Positions 1 through 13,346 of a DNA stretch of 64,000 nt are shown in pieces. Position numbers and translations under genes: made by a program. The notes under the pieces were generated by a model, which searched no databases, had not been told where the DNA came from, and saw only the letters and a program-made list of their open reading frames with translations. Numbering within the stretch: the first letter of the stretch is position 1; each line of letters starts with the position of its first letter. The stretch is from Calditrichales bacterium (GTDB lineage Bacteria > Calditrichota > Calditrichia > Calditrichales > J004). The stretch is taken from contig OZ254086.1 of assembly GCA_965267575.1 (NCBI GenBank), positions 640,001 to 704,000 of the forward strand. Reading direction: 5' to 3'.

Positions 1-58
1 CCAGCATCGAGGCCCCTTCAAGGTAAGCCATAACGTCGCTTCTTTTTATCTCTGCCAT
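1..58 (-). CDS. rplL: 50S ribosomal protein L7/L12, 5' part (truncated by window edge)
   Basis: Hand translation MAEIKRSDVMAYLEGASML...; GGAGG RBS upstream; follows rplJ. Confidence 0.85.
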   Translation of the reverse strand, partial: MAEIKRSDVMAYLEGASML

Positions 59-95
59 TTTTATATTCCTCCAGTGTGAAATATGAGTTTTGGTT

Positions 96-611
96 TTATG
101 CTTTTGTTTCTTTCAGTGCGTTCAGAACGCCAATCATTTTTTGCATCGGTGCCTGCAGGGTTCCGGCAAGCTTGGTCATCGGGGATTGTAACATTCCCAC
201 AAACTGACTAAGCAGCGCCTCCCGTGTAGGCAGCTTAGCTATCTTTTTGGCGTCTTCCGATTCAAACACTCTGCCCTCAAACAACACCGCTTTAAGCCTG
301 AGGATTTCATCTTTTTTATTAAAATCTTCGAGAATTTTTGCAGGAGCCACCGGATCGTCATAACCTATAATAAAGGTATTAACACCCTTCAGATAGGGAT
401 CCAGCTCCTCAACGCCGGCACCGTTCAGCGACCTGCGCGCCAGTCTGTTTTTGAGAACTTTGTATTCAACATTCTGCTCTCTGAACTTGCGGCGCACCTC
501 ATTGACCGTCTCTACGTCAATTCCGCTGTAGTCGGCAATGAATACACTCTTGGCTTGTTTAAACTTTTCGGTGTATTCCTCAACAACCGCGATTTTTTCT
601 GGAGTTGCCAT
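96..611 (-). CDS. rplJ: 50S ribosomal protein L10
   Basis: KVLKNRL and LPTREALL motifs; position after rplA. Confidence 0.97.
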   Translation of the reverse strand: MATPEKIAVVEEYTEKFKQAKSVFIADYSGIDVETVNEVRRKFREQNVEYKVLKNRLARRSLNGAGVEELDPYLKGVNTFIIGYDDPVAPAKILEDFNKKDEILRLKAVLFEGRVFESEDAKKIAKLPTREALLSQFVGMLQSPMTKLAGTLQAPMQKMIGVLNALKETKA

Positions 612-631
612 TGTTACTTCCTGTCCTTTTT

Positions 632-1330
632 CTAGTTGCTGTAAACCGAGCTGTTTGTATCAAGATAGATGCCCGGTCCCATGGTGCTGGAAAGTGAAAT
701 AGACTTCAGATAAGTCCCTTTGGCAGCAACCGGTTTAAGCTTAATAACCGTATTTACAAACGCTTTTATATTGTCAACGATTTTGCCCTCTTCAAAGGAC
801 ACCTTGCCGATTCCCGTGTGGATAATACCCGTTTTGTCAACCCGGAAATCAATTTTACCGGCTTTGATTTCGCTGACGGCGGTTTCCACATCCGGGGTTA
901 CCGTGCCGCTTTTCGGGTTGGGCATCAACCCGCGTGTACCGAGAATACGTCCCAGACGGCCCACCTGGCTCATTACGTCAGGCGTAGCCACGGCCACGTC
1001 AAATTCCAGCCAGCCGCCGTTTATCTTTTCAACGTACTCTTCCAGCCCGGCATGATCAGCACCGGCATCAAGCGCCTTTTGCACATTTTCACCCTTGGCG
1101 AAAACAAGTACTCTTATGGTCTTCCCTGTACCATGCGGCAGGGTGACCGTTCCTCTAACCATCTGGTCGGCGTGCCGCGGGTCTACGCCAAGGCGCATGG
1201 CGATTTCCACGGTTTCATCAAATTTCGCCGAAGCCGCTTCTTTAAGCAGCTTTACCGCATCTTCCGGCGCGTACCGTGTCGCCCGGTCAATTTTTGCGGC
1301 TCCATTTTGATATCTTTTACTGCGCTTCAT
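632..1330 (-). CDS. rplA: 50S ribosomal protein L1
   Basis: [32 protein letters not shown]; start set at MKRSKRY with GAGGTG RBS. Confidence 0.97.
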   Translation of the reverse strand: MKRSKRYQNGAAKIDRATRYAPEDAVKLLKEAASAKFDETVEIAMRLGVDPRHADQMVRGTVTLPHGTGKTIRVLVFAKGENVQKALDAGADHAGLEEYVEKINGGWLEFDVAVATPDVMSQVGRLGRILGTRGLMPNPKSGTVTPDVETAVSEIKAGKIDFRVDKTGIIHTGIGKVSFEEGKIVDNIKAFVNTVIKLKPVAAKGTYLKSISLSSTMGPGIYLDTNSSVYSN

Positions 1331-1346
1331 TTTCACCTCTACCATA

Positions 1347-1769
1347 TTATTCAACCACTATGCCCATGCTGCGAGCGGTACCCGCCACCATGCGCATGGC
1401 TGCTTCCACATCTGCTGCATTCAGGTCAGGCATCTTCATTTCAGCAATCTTGCGCACCTGGTCCTGCGTTACCCGGCCTACTTTTTCCGTATTAGGCGTA
1501 GATGAGCCTTTTTCCAGTCCCGATTCCTTTAATAACAACACCGCCGCCGGTGGCGTTTTGGTGATAAAAGAAAAAGACCGGTCCGCGTAAACGGTGATCT
1601 CAACGGGAATAACCAACCCCGCCTGATCCTGGGTTTTAGCGTTATAAGCTTTGCAAAACTCCATGATGTTTACACCGTGCTGACCCAAAGCCGGGCCAAC
1701 GGGCGGAGCAGGCTTGGCCTGTCCGGCAGGCAGCTGCAACTTGATTTTACCTATCTCTTTTTTTGCCAT
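1347..1769 (-). CDS. rplK: 50S ribosomal protein L11
   Basis: [28 protein letters not shown]. Confidence 0.98.
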   Translation of the reverse strand: MAKKEIGKIKLQLPAGQAKPAPPVGPALGQHGVNIMEFCKAYNAKTQDQAGLVIPVEITVYADRSFSFITKTPPAAVLLLKESGLEKGSSTPNTEKVGRVTQDQVRKIAEMKMPDLNAADVEAAMRMVAGTARSMGIVVE

Positions 1770-1794
1770 TTTGATTAAACCTCAGACACTGATT

Positions 1795-2340
1795 TTATTT
1801 TTCAAGCTCTATTTGCAAAAAGTCCAGTTCAACCGGTGTTGGCCGGCCAAAAATACTGATATTTACCTTTACCTTATTTTTCTCTTCGTTGATCTCTTCA
1901 ACGAATCCGGTAAAGTCATTGAACGGCCCGTCAACAACGCGTATAGCATCACCAACACTGAAAGGCACATCAACCTTACCGCGAATCTCTTTTTCGTGGC
2001 TTTTTTCAATTTTGCCCAGCACATCACGGATTTCGCTCTGACGCAACGGTACAGGCTCGTTTTTCGGCCCCACAAAACTAATCACCCCGGGCGAATTGGA
2101 AATCACATGCTGCGTCTGGTTGTCCAGCACCATCTCGATGAGCATATAGCCCGGGAAGAAAACCTTGTTTTTAACCCGCTTTTTCCCGTCCTTCATCTCA
2201 ATGATGTTTTCGGAAGGGATAATAATATTGCCCACTTTATCTTCAATTTGCTGAAGCTCTATTTCATGCTCGATATGCGCCTTTACCTTTTGTTCCTTGC
2301 CGGAATAAATGCGCAGAGCATACCACTTTTTGTCAGCCAC
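1795..2340 (-). CDS. nusG: transcription termination/antitermination factor NusG
   Basis: FFPGYMLIEM, KOW motif VVDGPFNDFTG, IFGRPTPVEL; GTG start. Confidence 0.98.
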   Translation of the reverse strand: MADKKWYALRIYSGKEQKVKAHIEHEIELQQIEDKVGNIIIPSENIIEMKDGKKRVKNKVFFPGYMLIEMVLDNQTQHVISNSPGVISFVGPKNEPVPLRQSEIRDVLGKIEKSHEKEIRGKVDVPFSVGDAIRVVDGPFNDFTGFVEEINEEKNKVKVNISIFGRPTPVELDFLQIELEK

Positions 2341-2359
2341 TTTAAATAGCCTCTTTGTT

Positions 2360-2542
2360 TTAATAGAAGAGTTCTACCACTCGGGAGATGATTACATCAG
2401 ACAAGAAGATATAGATGGTGAAAATCAGACTCACTACCACAACTATTATCGATGAGTTCAACAACTCTTCCCGTGTCGGCCAGCTTACCTTGGCCATTTC
2501 CTTACGGACATTCTCTATGAACTCTTGCAGCTTTTTAATCAT
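2360..2542 (-). CDS. secE: preprotein translocase subunit SecE
   Basis: EMAKVSWPTREE plus one TM helix; start set at MIKKLQ because the longer ORF overlaps tRNA-Trp. Confidence 0.93.
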   Translation of the reverse strand: MIKKLQEFIENVRKEMAKVSWPTREELLNSSIIVVVVSLIFTIYIFLSDVIISRVVELFY

Positions 2543-2572
2543 CGCTTTGAATTCCTCAGCTTTAAAAGAAAG

Positions 2573-2646
2573 CAGGCCTGGAGGGACTCGAACCCCCAAC
2601 CCCCGGTTTTGGAGACCGGTGCTCTAGCCAATTGAGCTACAGGCCT
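2573..2646 (-). tRNA. tRNA-Trp(CCA)
   Basis: Acceptor stem AGGCCTG/CAGGCCT, anticodon loop CTCCAAA, GTTCGAG T-loop; CCA tail not encoded. Confidence 0.96.
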
Positions 2647-2649
2647 AGC

Positions 2650-2799
2650 TTATTTCGATTCCCTGTGAATGACATGCTCGTTACAACGCGGACAGAATTT
2701 TTTAATCTCAAAACGCCCCGATTGGGTCTTTTTGTTTTTGTACGTTTTGTAATTTCTGTTTTTGCACTTGCTGCATTCCAGGTAAATAATTACACGCAT
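2650..2799 (-). CDS. rpmG: 50S ribosomal protein L33 (zinc-ribbon type)
   Basis: Not in ORF track; hand translation [49 protein letters not shown] with two CxxC motifs. Confidence 0.95.
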   Translation of the reverse strand: MRVIIYLECSKCKNRNYKTYKNKKTQSGRFEIKKFCPRCNEHVIHRESK

Positions 2800-2814
2800 G
2801 AGCGTGAGCTTTAC

Positions 2815-4005
2815 TTATTCAATAATTTCCGCAACAACACCGGCGCCAACGGTACGGCCGCCTTCACGGATGGCGAAGCGCAGCTCTTTCTCCATGGCGA
2901 TCTCTTTGATCAGCTCTACTTCTACCGAGATATTGTCGCCCGGCATAACCATCTCTACCCCGTCAGGCAGCTTGATGGAACCCGTCACGTCCGTCGTACG
3001 GAAGTAGAACTGCGGACGGTAACCGTCAAAGAACGGTGTGTGACGTCCACCTTCATCCTTGGTCAATACGTATACTTCACCCTTAAATTTGGTGTGCGGC
3101 GTAATTGAACCCGGCTTGGCCAATACCTGACCGCGCTCCAGGTCTTCCTTGTTTACACCACGCAGAAGAAGACCTACGTTGTCGCCTGCTTCACCGCGGT
3201 CCAGGAGCTTGCGGAACATCTCAACACCGGTAACAACCGTCTTGCGCTTGGCGCCAAGACCAACCAGCTCAACTTCTTCTCCAACCGCTACAACACCACG
3301 CTCGATACGGCCCGTGGCTACTGTACCACGACCGGTGATCGAAAAGACGTCTTCAACAGGCATCAGAAACGGCTTGTCTACGTCACGCTCGGGTGTCGGA
3401 ATGTAATCATCAACGGCATCCATCAGCTCCAGGATCGGCTTGATCGCCGTCTCGTCGTTGGGATCGTTCAACGCGTTAAGCGCGCTGCCCTTGACGATCG
3501 GAATGTCATCACCCGGAAATTCGTAGCTGCTCAAAAGCTCGCGGATCTCAAGCTCTACAAGCTCCAGCAGTTCCGGGTCATCAACCTGGTCTACTTTGTT
3601 CAGAAATACCACGATGTAAGGTACGTTTACCTGGCGCGCCAGAAGAATGTGCTCGCGCGTCTGCGGCATCGGGCCGTCGGCGGCGCTTACAACCAGTATC
3701 GCGCCGTCCATCTGCGCCGCACCGGTGATCATGTTCTTTACATAGTCGGCGTGCCCCGGACAGTCCACGTGCGCATAGTGACGCTTCTGCGTCGTGTATT
3801 CCACGTGCGCCGTGGCGATGGTTATACCGCGCTCGCGCTCTTCAGGAGCGTTGTCGATACTGTCAAAATCACGCTTTTCACTCAAACCCTGGTTGGCAAG
3901 CACCTGTGTGATCGCTGCCGTAAGGGTCGTCTTGCCATGGTCTACGTGACCAATTGTGCCTACGTTTACGTGGGGCTTACTTCTGTCAAATTTCTGTTTA
4001 GCCAT
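2815..4005 (-). CDS. tuf: elongation factor Tu
   Basis: [32 protein letters not shown]. Confidence 0.99.
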   Translation of the reverse strand: MAKQKFDRSKPHVNVGTIGHVDHGKTTLTAAITQVLANQGLSEKRDFDSIDNAPEERERGITIATAHVEYTTQKRHYAHVDCPGHADYVKNMITGAAQMDGAILVVSAADGPMPQTREHILLARQVNVPYIVVFLNKVDQVDDPELLELVELEIRELLSSYEFPGDDIPIVKGSALNALNDPNDETAIKPILELMDAVDDYIPTPERDVDKPFLMPVEDVFSITGRGTVATGRIERGVVAVGEEVELVGLGAKRKTVVTGVEMFRKLLDRGEAGDNVGLLLRGVNKEDLERGQVLAKPGSITPHTKFKGEVYVLTKDEGGRHTPFFDGYRPQFYFRTTDVTGSIKLPDGVEMVMPGDNISVEVELIKEIAMEKELRFAIREGGRTVGAGVVAEIIE

Positions 4006-4066
4006 TGTCCAACACCCTCCAAATTGTGTGGCTACGTGGTTTATGAATTTGTATCACTTTACTGAG

Positions 4067-4139
4067 AGCCCACGACCAGGATTGAACTGGTGACCTCGTC
4101 CTTACCAAGGACGTGCTCTACCGACTGAGCTACGTGGGC
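4067..4139 (-). tRNA. tRNA-Thr(GGT)
   Basis: GCCCACG/CGTGGGC acceptor stem, anticodon loop TTGGTAA. Confidence 0.95.
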
Positions 4140-4185
4140 CAACTTCAATGAAATAAAAGTGATTTTTAAAGATGAGGTTATGCAG

Positions 4186-4259
4186 AGCGGGAGACGGGAC
4201 TCGAACCCGCGACCAACAGCTTGGAAGGCTGTGACTCTAGCCAACTGAGTTACTCCCGC
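4186..4259 (-). tRNA. tRNA-Gly(TCC)
   Basis: GCGGGAG/CTCCCGC acceptor stem, anticodon loop CTTCCAA. Confidence 0.95.
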
Positions 4260-4326
4260 TGGTAAATTATTGCGGTGCAAGCATAACCGTATCTGACTTG
4301 TCACTTTTATTTTACAAGTTCACCAG

Positions 4327-4399
4327 AGCTGGTGAAGGGACTCGAACCCCCAACCGGCTGATTACAAATCAGCTGCTCTACCAATTGAGCTACACCAGC
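4327..4399 (-). tRNA. tRNA-Thr(TGT)
   Basis: GCTGGTG/CACCAGC acceptor stem, anticodon loop TTTGTAA. Confidence 0.95.
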
Positions 4400-4422
4400 A
4401 CTCATAAAATGAAAAGTCGTAT

Positions 4423-4450
4423 AATTTACAAACTTTTTTCGATCTGTCAA
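4423..4450 (-). promoter_or_regulatory. sigma70-type promoter for the tRNA-tuf operon
   Basis: TTGACA-N16-TAAATT on the minus strand, about 25 nt upstream of tRNA-Thr(TGT). Confidence 0.6.
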
Positions 4451-4492
4451 ATAAAAAGGCGAGAAAATTACATATATTTATCGAGTCCTTCA

Positions 4493-4521
4493 TTGACAGT
4501 GGTTTTTAATCTACTTATATT
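4493..4521 (+). promoter_or_regulatory. sigma70-type promoter for rpsT
   Basis: TTGACA-N17-TATATT. Confidence 0.7.
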
Positions 4522-4558
4522 AAAAATCTTTGATAAAAAATTACCAGGAGTTTTTTGA

Positions 4559-4813
4559 ATGGCACATCATAAGTCTGCTATTAAGCGCATTCGGAAATCG
4601 GCATCAGAGCGGGCCTATAACCGTGAATATAAAAGCCAGTTAAAAACCGCAACGCGTCAAATCATGGAAGAAAGCGATAAGAGCAAAGCACAGGAACTGT
4701 TAAACCAGATTTATAAATTGCTGGATAAGCTGGTTCACAAAAACATTATGCATAAAAACAGGGCCGCGCACAGAAAGGCACATCTCGCGCAGCATGTGAA
4801 TAACCTGCCTTAA
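4559..4813 (+). CDS. rpsT: 30S ribosomal protein S20
   Basis: KSAIKRIR, HKNRAAHRKA; AGGAG RBS. Confidence 0.96.
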   Translation: MAHHKSAIKRIRKSASERAYNREYKSQLKTATRQIMEESDKSKAQELLNQIYKLLDKLVHKNIMHKNRAAHRKAHLAQHVNNLP

Positions 4814-4824
4814 GTTTAAATCCG

Positions 4825-7170
<2,346 letters not shown>

Positions 7171-7194
7171 CTGGTATAGCTTGGTCTTGATAAT

Positions 7195-7219
7195 AAAAAA
7201 AGCGAGGCAGAAGCCTCGC
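7195..7219 (-). terminator. intrinsic terminator between clpX and lon
   Basis: GCGAGGC-4nt-GCCTCGC stem followed by T7 on the minus strand. Confidence 0.7.
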
Positions 7220-7227
7220 CCTGAATT

Positions 7228-8475
7228 TTAAGCGCTTTGCTTGGATGAGCCGAACTTCAAGTCGGCTTCTGCTTGCTCTTCCACTACGGATTCGGTTATC
7301 TCCACAGCCTTCAGATTGGGCAGCGATGGGATGCGGAACAGAATGTCCAGCATAACGCTTTCCATAATCGAGCGCAACGATCGCGCGCCGGTGCCCGTCT
7401 TTTTGGCTTTTCGCACAATGGCCATCAGTGCATCATCGGTAAAGGAGAGTTCAACATCTTCCATGCCCACCAGCTTTTGATACTGTTTGATCAAAGCGTT
7501 TTTGGGCTCGGTAAGCACTTTATACAAAGCCGATTCATCCAGCTCTTCCAGCGCGCCGATAACCGGCAACCGGCCAATCAGCTCAGGGATCAATCCAAAC
7601 TGGATCAGGTCTTCCGGCTGTACTTTGGCATAAAGCTCGCTCTTGGTGAACTTGTGCCCTTTTACGACATCTTTTTCGAAGCCAATATTTTTTTCACCTA
7701 CGCGACGACGGATAATATCTTCCAGTCCTTCAAAAGCTCCGCCACAAATAAACAAAATATTGCGCGTATCGATGTTTATCAGGTTTTGCTCAGGATGCTT
7801 ACGCCCGCCTTTGGGTGGTATGCTGGAGGTCGTGCCTTCCAGTATTTTAAGGATGGCCTGCTGCACGCCTTCGCCGCTTACATCCCTCGTGATGGATGGG
7901 TTGCCGCTTTTTCGGGCAATCTTGTCAATCTCATCCACGTAGATGATACCGCGCTGCGTTTGCTCCAAATTAAAATTGGCCGCCTGGTAAAGGCGCACAA
8001 GGATGTTCTCAACATCTTCACCAACATAACCGGCTTCGGTAAGAACGGTGGCGTCGGCGATGGAGAAGGGTACGTTCAGGATGCGGGCCAGTGTTTGCGC
8101 CAAAAGCGTTTTGCCCGTACCGGTCGGACCTATCAGAAGAATATTGCTTTTTTCGATTTCAACATCATCGACAGCCGCGCCCTGACTGATACGCTTATAG
8201 TGATTGTATACAGCCACCGACAATATGCGCTTGGAATGCTCCTGACCAATGACATATTTATCCAGCTGCGACTTGATCTCCGCGGGAGGAACAAGACGCT
8301 GGCCAAGATCGGGCCGGCTTTCCTTTTTGTGACGGTCAATAATATCGGAAGCACTGCGGACGCAATCATTACAAATATGTACGTCCGGACCCGATATAAG
8401 GCTTTCCACTTCTTCAGCCGAACGGCCGCAAAAGGAACATCGATAAGTTGGCATACGCTGATTCTTTCTGCTCAT
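7228..8475 (-). CDS. clpX: ATP-dependent Clp protease ATP-binding subunit ClpX
   Basis: CSFC..C..C zinc finger, [29 protein letters not shown] loop. Confidence 0.98.
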   Translation of the reverse strand: MSRKNQRMPTYRCSFCGRSAEEVESLISGPDVHICNDCVRSASDIIDRHKKESRPDLGQRLVPPAEIKSQLDKYVIGQEHSKRILSVAVYNHYKRISQGAAVDDVEIEKSNILLIGPTGTGKTLLAQTLARILNVPFSIADATVLTEAGYVGEDVENILVRLYQAANFNLEQTQRGIIYVDEIDKIARKSGNPSITRDVSGEGVQQAILKILEGTTSSIPPKGGRKHPEQNLINIDTRNILFICGGAFEGLEDIIRRRVGEKNIGFEKDVVKGHKFTKSELYAKVQPEDLIQFGLIPELIGRLPVIGALEELDESALYKVLTEPKNALIKQYQKLVGMEDVELSFTDDALMAIVRKAKKTGTGARSLRSIMESVMLDILFRIPSLPNLKAVEITESVVEEQAEADLKFGSSKQSA

Positions 8476-9075
8476 TTATTTCTTTGGTGCACCGGAACGC
8501 GGTTCCAGTATTTTATCGATCAAACCATAGTCCAAAGCCTCCTTGGCGGACATAAAGCGGTTACGATCGGTGTCCTTGTTAATCTGTTCGATATCTTTGC
8601 CTGTGCTTTCGGACAGGATCTCATTCAATATCTTGCGGATACGCAAAATCTCATTTGCCGCAATCTCGATATCGGAAGCCTGGCCTTCTGCGCCACCCAG
8701 CGGCTGGTGGATCATAATCCGCGCGTTGGGCAGGGCGTAACGCTTACCCTTGGTGCCTGCCGCCAAAAGAACCGCGCCCATACTGGCCGCCTGGCCCATC
8801 ACTGTCGTGACCACATCCGGCTTGATAAAGTTCATCGTATCAAAAATCCCCAAGCCTGAAGAAACAACGCCACCCGGCGAGTTGATGTACACGTAGATAT
8901 CTTTGTCCGGATCTTCAGCTTCCAAAAATAAAAGCTGCGCGATCACCAGGCTGGCTATGTTATCATCAATGGGACTTCCAAGGAAAATAATTCTTTCTTT
9001 CAGCAGCCGCGAATAAATATCATAGGCGCGCTCGCCTCTTCCCGTCTGCTCAACCACCATCGGAACTAATGCCAT
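8476..9075 (-). CDS. clpP: ATP-dependent Clp protease proteolytic subunit
   Basis: [28 protein letters not shown]. Confidence 0.98.
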   Translation of the reverse strand: MALVPMVVEQTGRGERAYDIYSRLLKERIIFLGSPIDDNIASLVIAQLLFLEAEDPDKDIYVYINSPGGVVSSGLGIFDTMNFIKPDVVTTVMGQAASMGAVLLAAGTKGKRYALPNARIMIHQPLGGAEGQASDIEIAANEILRIRKILNEILSESTGKDIEQINKDTDRNRFMSAKEALDYGLIDKILEPRSGAPKK

Positions 9076-9091
9076 TTCCGGACCTTTCGTC

Positions 9092-10351
9092 TTAATCTAA
9101 TTTGATTTCGTTTTGTTTGACTTTGTTTTTCTTTTCCAGAAACTCAAGGATCTTTTTGTCTTTTAAAGATTCCTTGACGTTACCCATCATACCTTCGTTT
9201 TTCTCGTACAACTGCCGTACTTCATCATTCTCTATCTCGTCCAGGAATTTTTTAACGTCTTCCTCTTCAACCTTAATCCCTTCTGCGTCGGCAATCTTTT
9301 CCTTCAGGTAATACCATTTGATGTTAAACTCGGCATCGGTTCTGTAATGCTGCCGGATCTGCTCTTCCTTGGCATTGGGATCACGCTGGCGCACATCGCG
9401 CACAACATGGTTCAGGTAATTGTCGATCAACGCCTCGGGCACATCGAAATTATTTTCCTCAATCAGCTTTTGTGTCAGCTCGGTGCCAAAGCGGTTTTGA
9501 GCCTCGCGCTCATATTCTGCTTGCAGGTTGCGCCGCATCTGATCCCGAAATTCGTCTGCGGAGTTCACATTGGGGTTGATTTCCTTCACAAATTCATCGG
9601 TTAATTCCGGCAATTCCTCTTCTTCGATTTTCTTAACGGTGATGTTGTAGCTTTCTTTCTTGCCGGCATACTCTTTTTGCGGGAAATCCTTGGGATATTC
9701 TTTAGTAATTTTGGTTTCTTTACCTTTTTTCAGGCCAATCAGCTGTTTCTCCAGGTCGGGATCGAAGCGGCCATCACCCACGGTTACTGAAATGTCCTTA
9801 TATTTTTTGCCGACCAGCGGCGCGCCGGATTCATCCAGCTCCTGCATATCCATCTGGATAATGTGTCCTTCGGCAACTGGACCATCCACTTCCTTGCGGC
9901 TGGCGCGCGACTTCAACAAGCGCTTGATCTGTTCTTCAACAAAAGAATCTTCAATGGTGTATTTGTCTTTAATGAAATCAAAACCCTGGTATTTTTTCAG
10001 TTCGACCTCAGGATAGGTATCCACTTCGATCGTCATAGCCAGGTTGCCGTCCTCGTTGAAATCAACTTTCTTGGGCTCCGGCATGCCCACCACTTCCAGG
10101 TTATTGTCGGCAACAGCTTTTTCAACGGCCTGCTGCACGGCGCTTTCCATGGTGTAGGCCTCAATCGCCTGACCGTAGCTGCGCTTTACCATGTGCAGGG
10201 GGGCTTTGCCTTTGCGAAATCCCGGGAATTGAACCTCTTTGCGCACGCGCTGCGTTTCCTGCTCGCGGATAGGATTCAGGTCGTCCTTTTCCATAACAAT
10301 ATGCAGCTCTTTGCGGCAATTTGAGATTGTTTTTATTTCACTCGTTATCAT
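9092..10351 (-). CDS. tig: trigger factor
   Basis: GFRKGKAP ribosome-binding motif; canonical tig-clpP-clpX-lon order. Confidence 0.95.
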   Translation of the reverse strand: MITSEIKTISNCRKELHIVMEKDDLNPIREQETQRVRKEVQFPGFRKGKAPLHMVKRSYGQAIEAYTMESAVQQAVEKAVADNNLEVVGMPEPKKVDFNEDGNLAMTIEVDTYPEVELKKYQGFDFIKDKYTIEDSFVEEQIKRLLKSRASRKEVDGPVAEGHIIQMDMQELDESGAPLVGKKYKDISVTVGDGRFDPDLEKQLIGLKKGKETKITKEYPKDFPQKEYAGKKESYNITVKKIEEEELPELTDEFVKEINPNVNSADEFRDQMRRNLQAEYEREAQNRFGTELTQKLIEENNFDVPEALIDNYLNHVVRDVRQRDPNAKEEQIRQHYRTDAEFNIKWYYLKEKIADAEGIKVEEEDVKKFLDEIENDEVRQLYEKNEGMMGNVKESLKDKKILEFLEKKNKVKQNEIKLD

Positions 10352-10442
10352 TCATCCTCCGAAAAATCCAAATAAAATGAGCCTTTAATTTAGGCCTGCC
10401 CCACTCTAAAAGCAACCAGCGAGCCTGCTCTTTTAGCGCCCT

Positions 10443-13274
10443 TTAATTCTCTTGTTCGATTAGTTCCGTGCCTAATGTTTTTCCCTTCTTGAGGGCCGGA
10501 ACACCTTCGATGATCCAACGGGCGGGCGGCGCGTCTTTCAGGTAGTAATCAAAATACTGCTGTAAACGAATCGCCCAGTCTTTTTTATTAACAAACGTTA
10601 TCGGCCAGTGCGGCTGATTGTTGTAATTGATCAGCCACGAGGGTTTACCCAGGCGGCGCAGTGCCGTAAACAGCTCTATGCCCTGGTACCAGGGTACATG
10701 CCCGTCCTGATCGTTGTGCATGATCAGCAGCGGCGTTTCAATCTGGTCCGCAAAAAAAAGCGGCGAGTTTTCGATATAAAGCAAGGGCTTTTCCCACAAC
10801 GTGCCACCGATGCGGCTCTGGGTCATCTCGTACTGGAACATGCGGCTTTTGCCCGTGCCCCAGCGTATGCCGCCATAAGCGGATGTCATGTTGGCCACCG
10901 GGGCCCCTGCCTCCGCGACGCGGAAAAGATTAGTGCGCGTTATCATGTAGGCAATCTGATAACCACCCCAGCTATGACCCTGCACGCCGATGCGTTCGCG
11001 GTCAACGTAGCCTTTTTCAATCATATGGTTTACCCCGGCCATAACAGCATCGTATGCGCTTTCACCGGGAAAACCGGTTTTATAGGGGATGTCCGGAATA
11101 AAAATGACATAGCCGCGGCTGGCGTAAAAGCTGAAATTGATGATGGAACGGTGCGGCTCGGGCTCCCAGTGCCGGTAAAGATTGTGTGAGCTCTTTTCGT
11201 AAAAGTAAACCATCATCGGGTACTTTTGGGCCAGGTCAAAATTGGCCGGCTTATAAATAATGCCCTGCAGCTTTTGACCATCCAGCGAAACCCACTCAGC
11301 CTGTTCAGCCGTGCCCCATAAATATTCATCCTGCTGCGGATTGATATTGCTGATTTTGCGCGGGTCTTCAAATGAAGGATCGCTTACCCAGAAATCAGAA
11401 AACTCACGGAAATCTTCACGGGTATAGATCAGCACATCGGCGTTTTCGGCTTTTGTGGTCCTGGCAAAACGCTTTTCCGCCTTTACCAAAACTTTGAACG
11501 ACTGCTCTTTTTGCGGATGGACCTGCGCGTACCCCGCACGCTTGTCGTCGTAGTCGAAAAGCTCGAGCAGCCACGGCTCATCTTCCGGCAGGGCCCTTTG
11601 ATCCTTGTCCAGCTTAATATAGCGCAATTGTTCGCCACGCTCACGGCCCTTGCCGCCGGTAAGGTTTACAGGCTCCAGCGGTTTGGACGGATCAACCGCC
11701 CAGATATCGTATTGATCGTAAAGCACAAAACGCGCGTCATCTTCTGTCCAGCCGGCACTGCCTTCGGACCCTGCCGGAAAAGGCCAGTCATGAAGATGGT
11801 AAACCAGCGAAACGGCAATACCGCCCGAAAGACTGATTTCTTTGCCGCGCTCATTATCGTAAGCTCTCCATTCGCCAAGCTGGCGATCCCACCAGTAGAT
11901 GTAGCGGCCCTGCGGCGAAATATCGGCGGCGGACTGCACCCGTTCGGCAACCATGCGCGAACGGCCGTTCTTCAAATCGATCAGGTAAAAATCATGGTAT
12001 TCCGGGTAATCCCATGAAATCTCCATCCGGTATGGCAAATTGGAAAGCCCCAGCGCAAAACGGCCATCGCCCTGATCGCTTAATTTTATTTCGGGAATAT
12101 CTTCACGGCCCAGCTGCAGGATTGTTTTTTTGCCGAGATCATAAACCGCCAGGTAGCTGCGCTTTTGTTCCTGCTTCAGCTGCTTAAGCTGCATCGGCTG
12201 TAGCAGAGGATCTTTCCAATGCCAGATGTCCAGAACCGCCTGTTCTTCTTTTTGCTCTTCTTCCGGCTCCGGCTCGGGACGCGGCGCGCTGCCAAACAGA
12301 ATGCGCTTCCCGGCTTCGGAAAACTCCACTTTCGCGTGCGGACTTATCCACCAGCCTTCCGGCAAACCACGACTGCCCTGGCGCGCGATGGCCGTCGCTT
12401 TCATCGATTTTGTATCCGCCAGATAGAGCGCAAATGCTTTCTGCTTGGTATCAATGGAATCGCTGTTGGCAATAAAAGCCAGGTGGCTGCCGGGTGTGCT
12501 CCAGGCCAGCTTGCGGTAATCGCCCGGCGTTTGCATCAGTGTGCTGACCTTGCCGTTTTCCAGGCTTACAACCTGAACACCGTCGGCGCTACTGTCTTCG
12601 GAGGCCAGTGTCAGGGCAAGGAAACGCCCGTCCTCAGAAAAGCGGTAATCGCTTACATTGTTAAAAATTCGGCTGCTGTCACTTTCAAAATGATGCAGGG
12701 TAAGCTTCCTGCCGCGCGGCTTTTTGCCGTTGTCTTTTTTGGTTTCGCTTTCACTTTCCTGAAGTGTGTCGGCTATGGCAGCAGAGGTATCAGCTGTGGC
12801 TTTTTCCTCGGCGGGAAACTTGGTTAGCCAGGCCACCCAGCCGCCGGCCTTCTCCGGCATACGATAAGAGGCGGCTACGTCAACGACCTCTACATCCCCA
12901 TTCTCCAGATCAATCATTCCCAGCGAATCTTGCGGAGCTTCCGTGCCTTTTTTCTTCGCCTGTTTTGCCTTCTTCACGCTGTCCAGCGGCGCCCTTTTCA
13001 AAAAAACCGCATACGGCGTTCCATAGCTAAAAGCGGCGGAATCACCCCTCGCAATCACATACTCTTTTTCTTCAACCAGCTTTTTAAACGTCAAGGAACC
13101 ATCGCCGTTTTCGGGTCGCACCACGTATAAAAACAAGGAGCCGTCTTCCGAGATGGCGTGTTGTTTAGTCTTGTTCCAGAAGTCGTAAACATTGTGGTCC
13201 AGCGGTTTTTTGTCCTGCGCCGCAAGACTATTCGCCAAAAACAAAACCGTACTTAACAAAACGAGATAACGCAT
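10443..13274 (-). CDS. secreted S9 family (prolyl oligopeptidase-like) peptidase
   Basis: Signal peptide, beta-propeller region, GHSWGG nucleophile, HNDQDGHVP Asp, C-terminal His. Confidence 0.9.
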   Translation of the reverse strand: MRYLVLLSTVLFLANSLAAQDKKPLDHNVYDFWNKTKQHAISEDGSLFLYVVRPENGDGSLTFKKLVEEKEYVIARGDSAAFSYGTPYAVFLKRAPLDSVKKAKQAKKKGTEAPQDSLGMIDLENGDVEVVDVAASYRMPEKAGGWVAWLTKFPAEEKATADTSAAIADTLQESESETKKDNGKKPRGRKLTLHHFESDSSRIFNNVSDYRFSEDGRFLALTLASEDSSADGVQVVSLENGKVSTLMQTPGDYRKLAWSTPGSHLAFIANSDSIDTKQKAFALYLADTKSMKATAIARQGSRGLPEGWWISPHAKVEFSEAGKRILFGSAPRPEPEPEEEQKEEQAVLDIWHWKDPLLQPMQLKQLKQEQKRSYLAVYDLGKKTILQLGREDIPEIKLSDQGDGRFALGLSNLPYRMEISWDYPEYHDFYLIDLKNGRSRMVAERVQSAADISPQGRYIYWWDRQLGEWRAYDNERGKEISLSGGIAVSLVYHLHDWPFPAGSEGSAGWTEDDARFVLYDQYDIWAVDPSKPLEPVNLTGGKGRERGEQLRYIKLDKDQRALPEDEPWLLELFDYDDKRAGYAQVHPQKEQSFKVLVKAEKRFARTTKAENADVLIYTREDFREFSDFWVSDPSFEDPRKISNINPQQDEYLWGTAEQAEWVSLDGQKLQGIIYKPANFDLAQKYPMMVYFYEKSSHNLYRHWEPEPHRSIINFSFYASRGYVIFIPDIPYKTGFPGESAYDAVMAGVNHMIEKGYVDRERIGVQGHSWGGYQIAYMITRTNLFRVAEAGAPVANMTSAYGGIRWGTGKSRMFQYEMTQSRIGGTLWEKPLLYIENSPLFFADQIETPLLIMHNDQDGHVPWYQGIELFTALRRLGKPSWLINYNNQPHWPITFVNKKDWAIRLQQYFDYYLKDAPPARWIIEGVPALKKGKTLGTELIEQEN

Positions 13275-13346
13275 AATCGCTCCGAAATGATTTGTGAAAA
13301 CAGAATCTCTGAAGTTAGCATAAAAAGAATATCAGGCAAGACCGGA

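Noticed and set aside
7273-8859. 528-aa plus-strand ORF
   Set aside because: Antisense shadow of clpX/clpP with no recognisable motifs.
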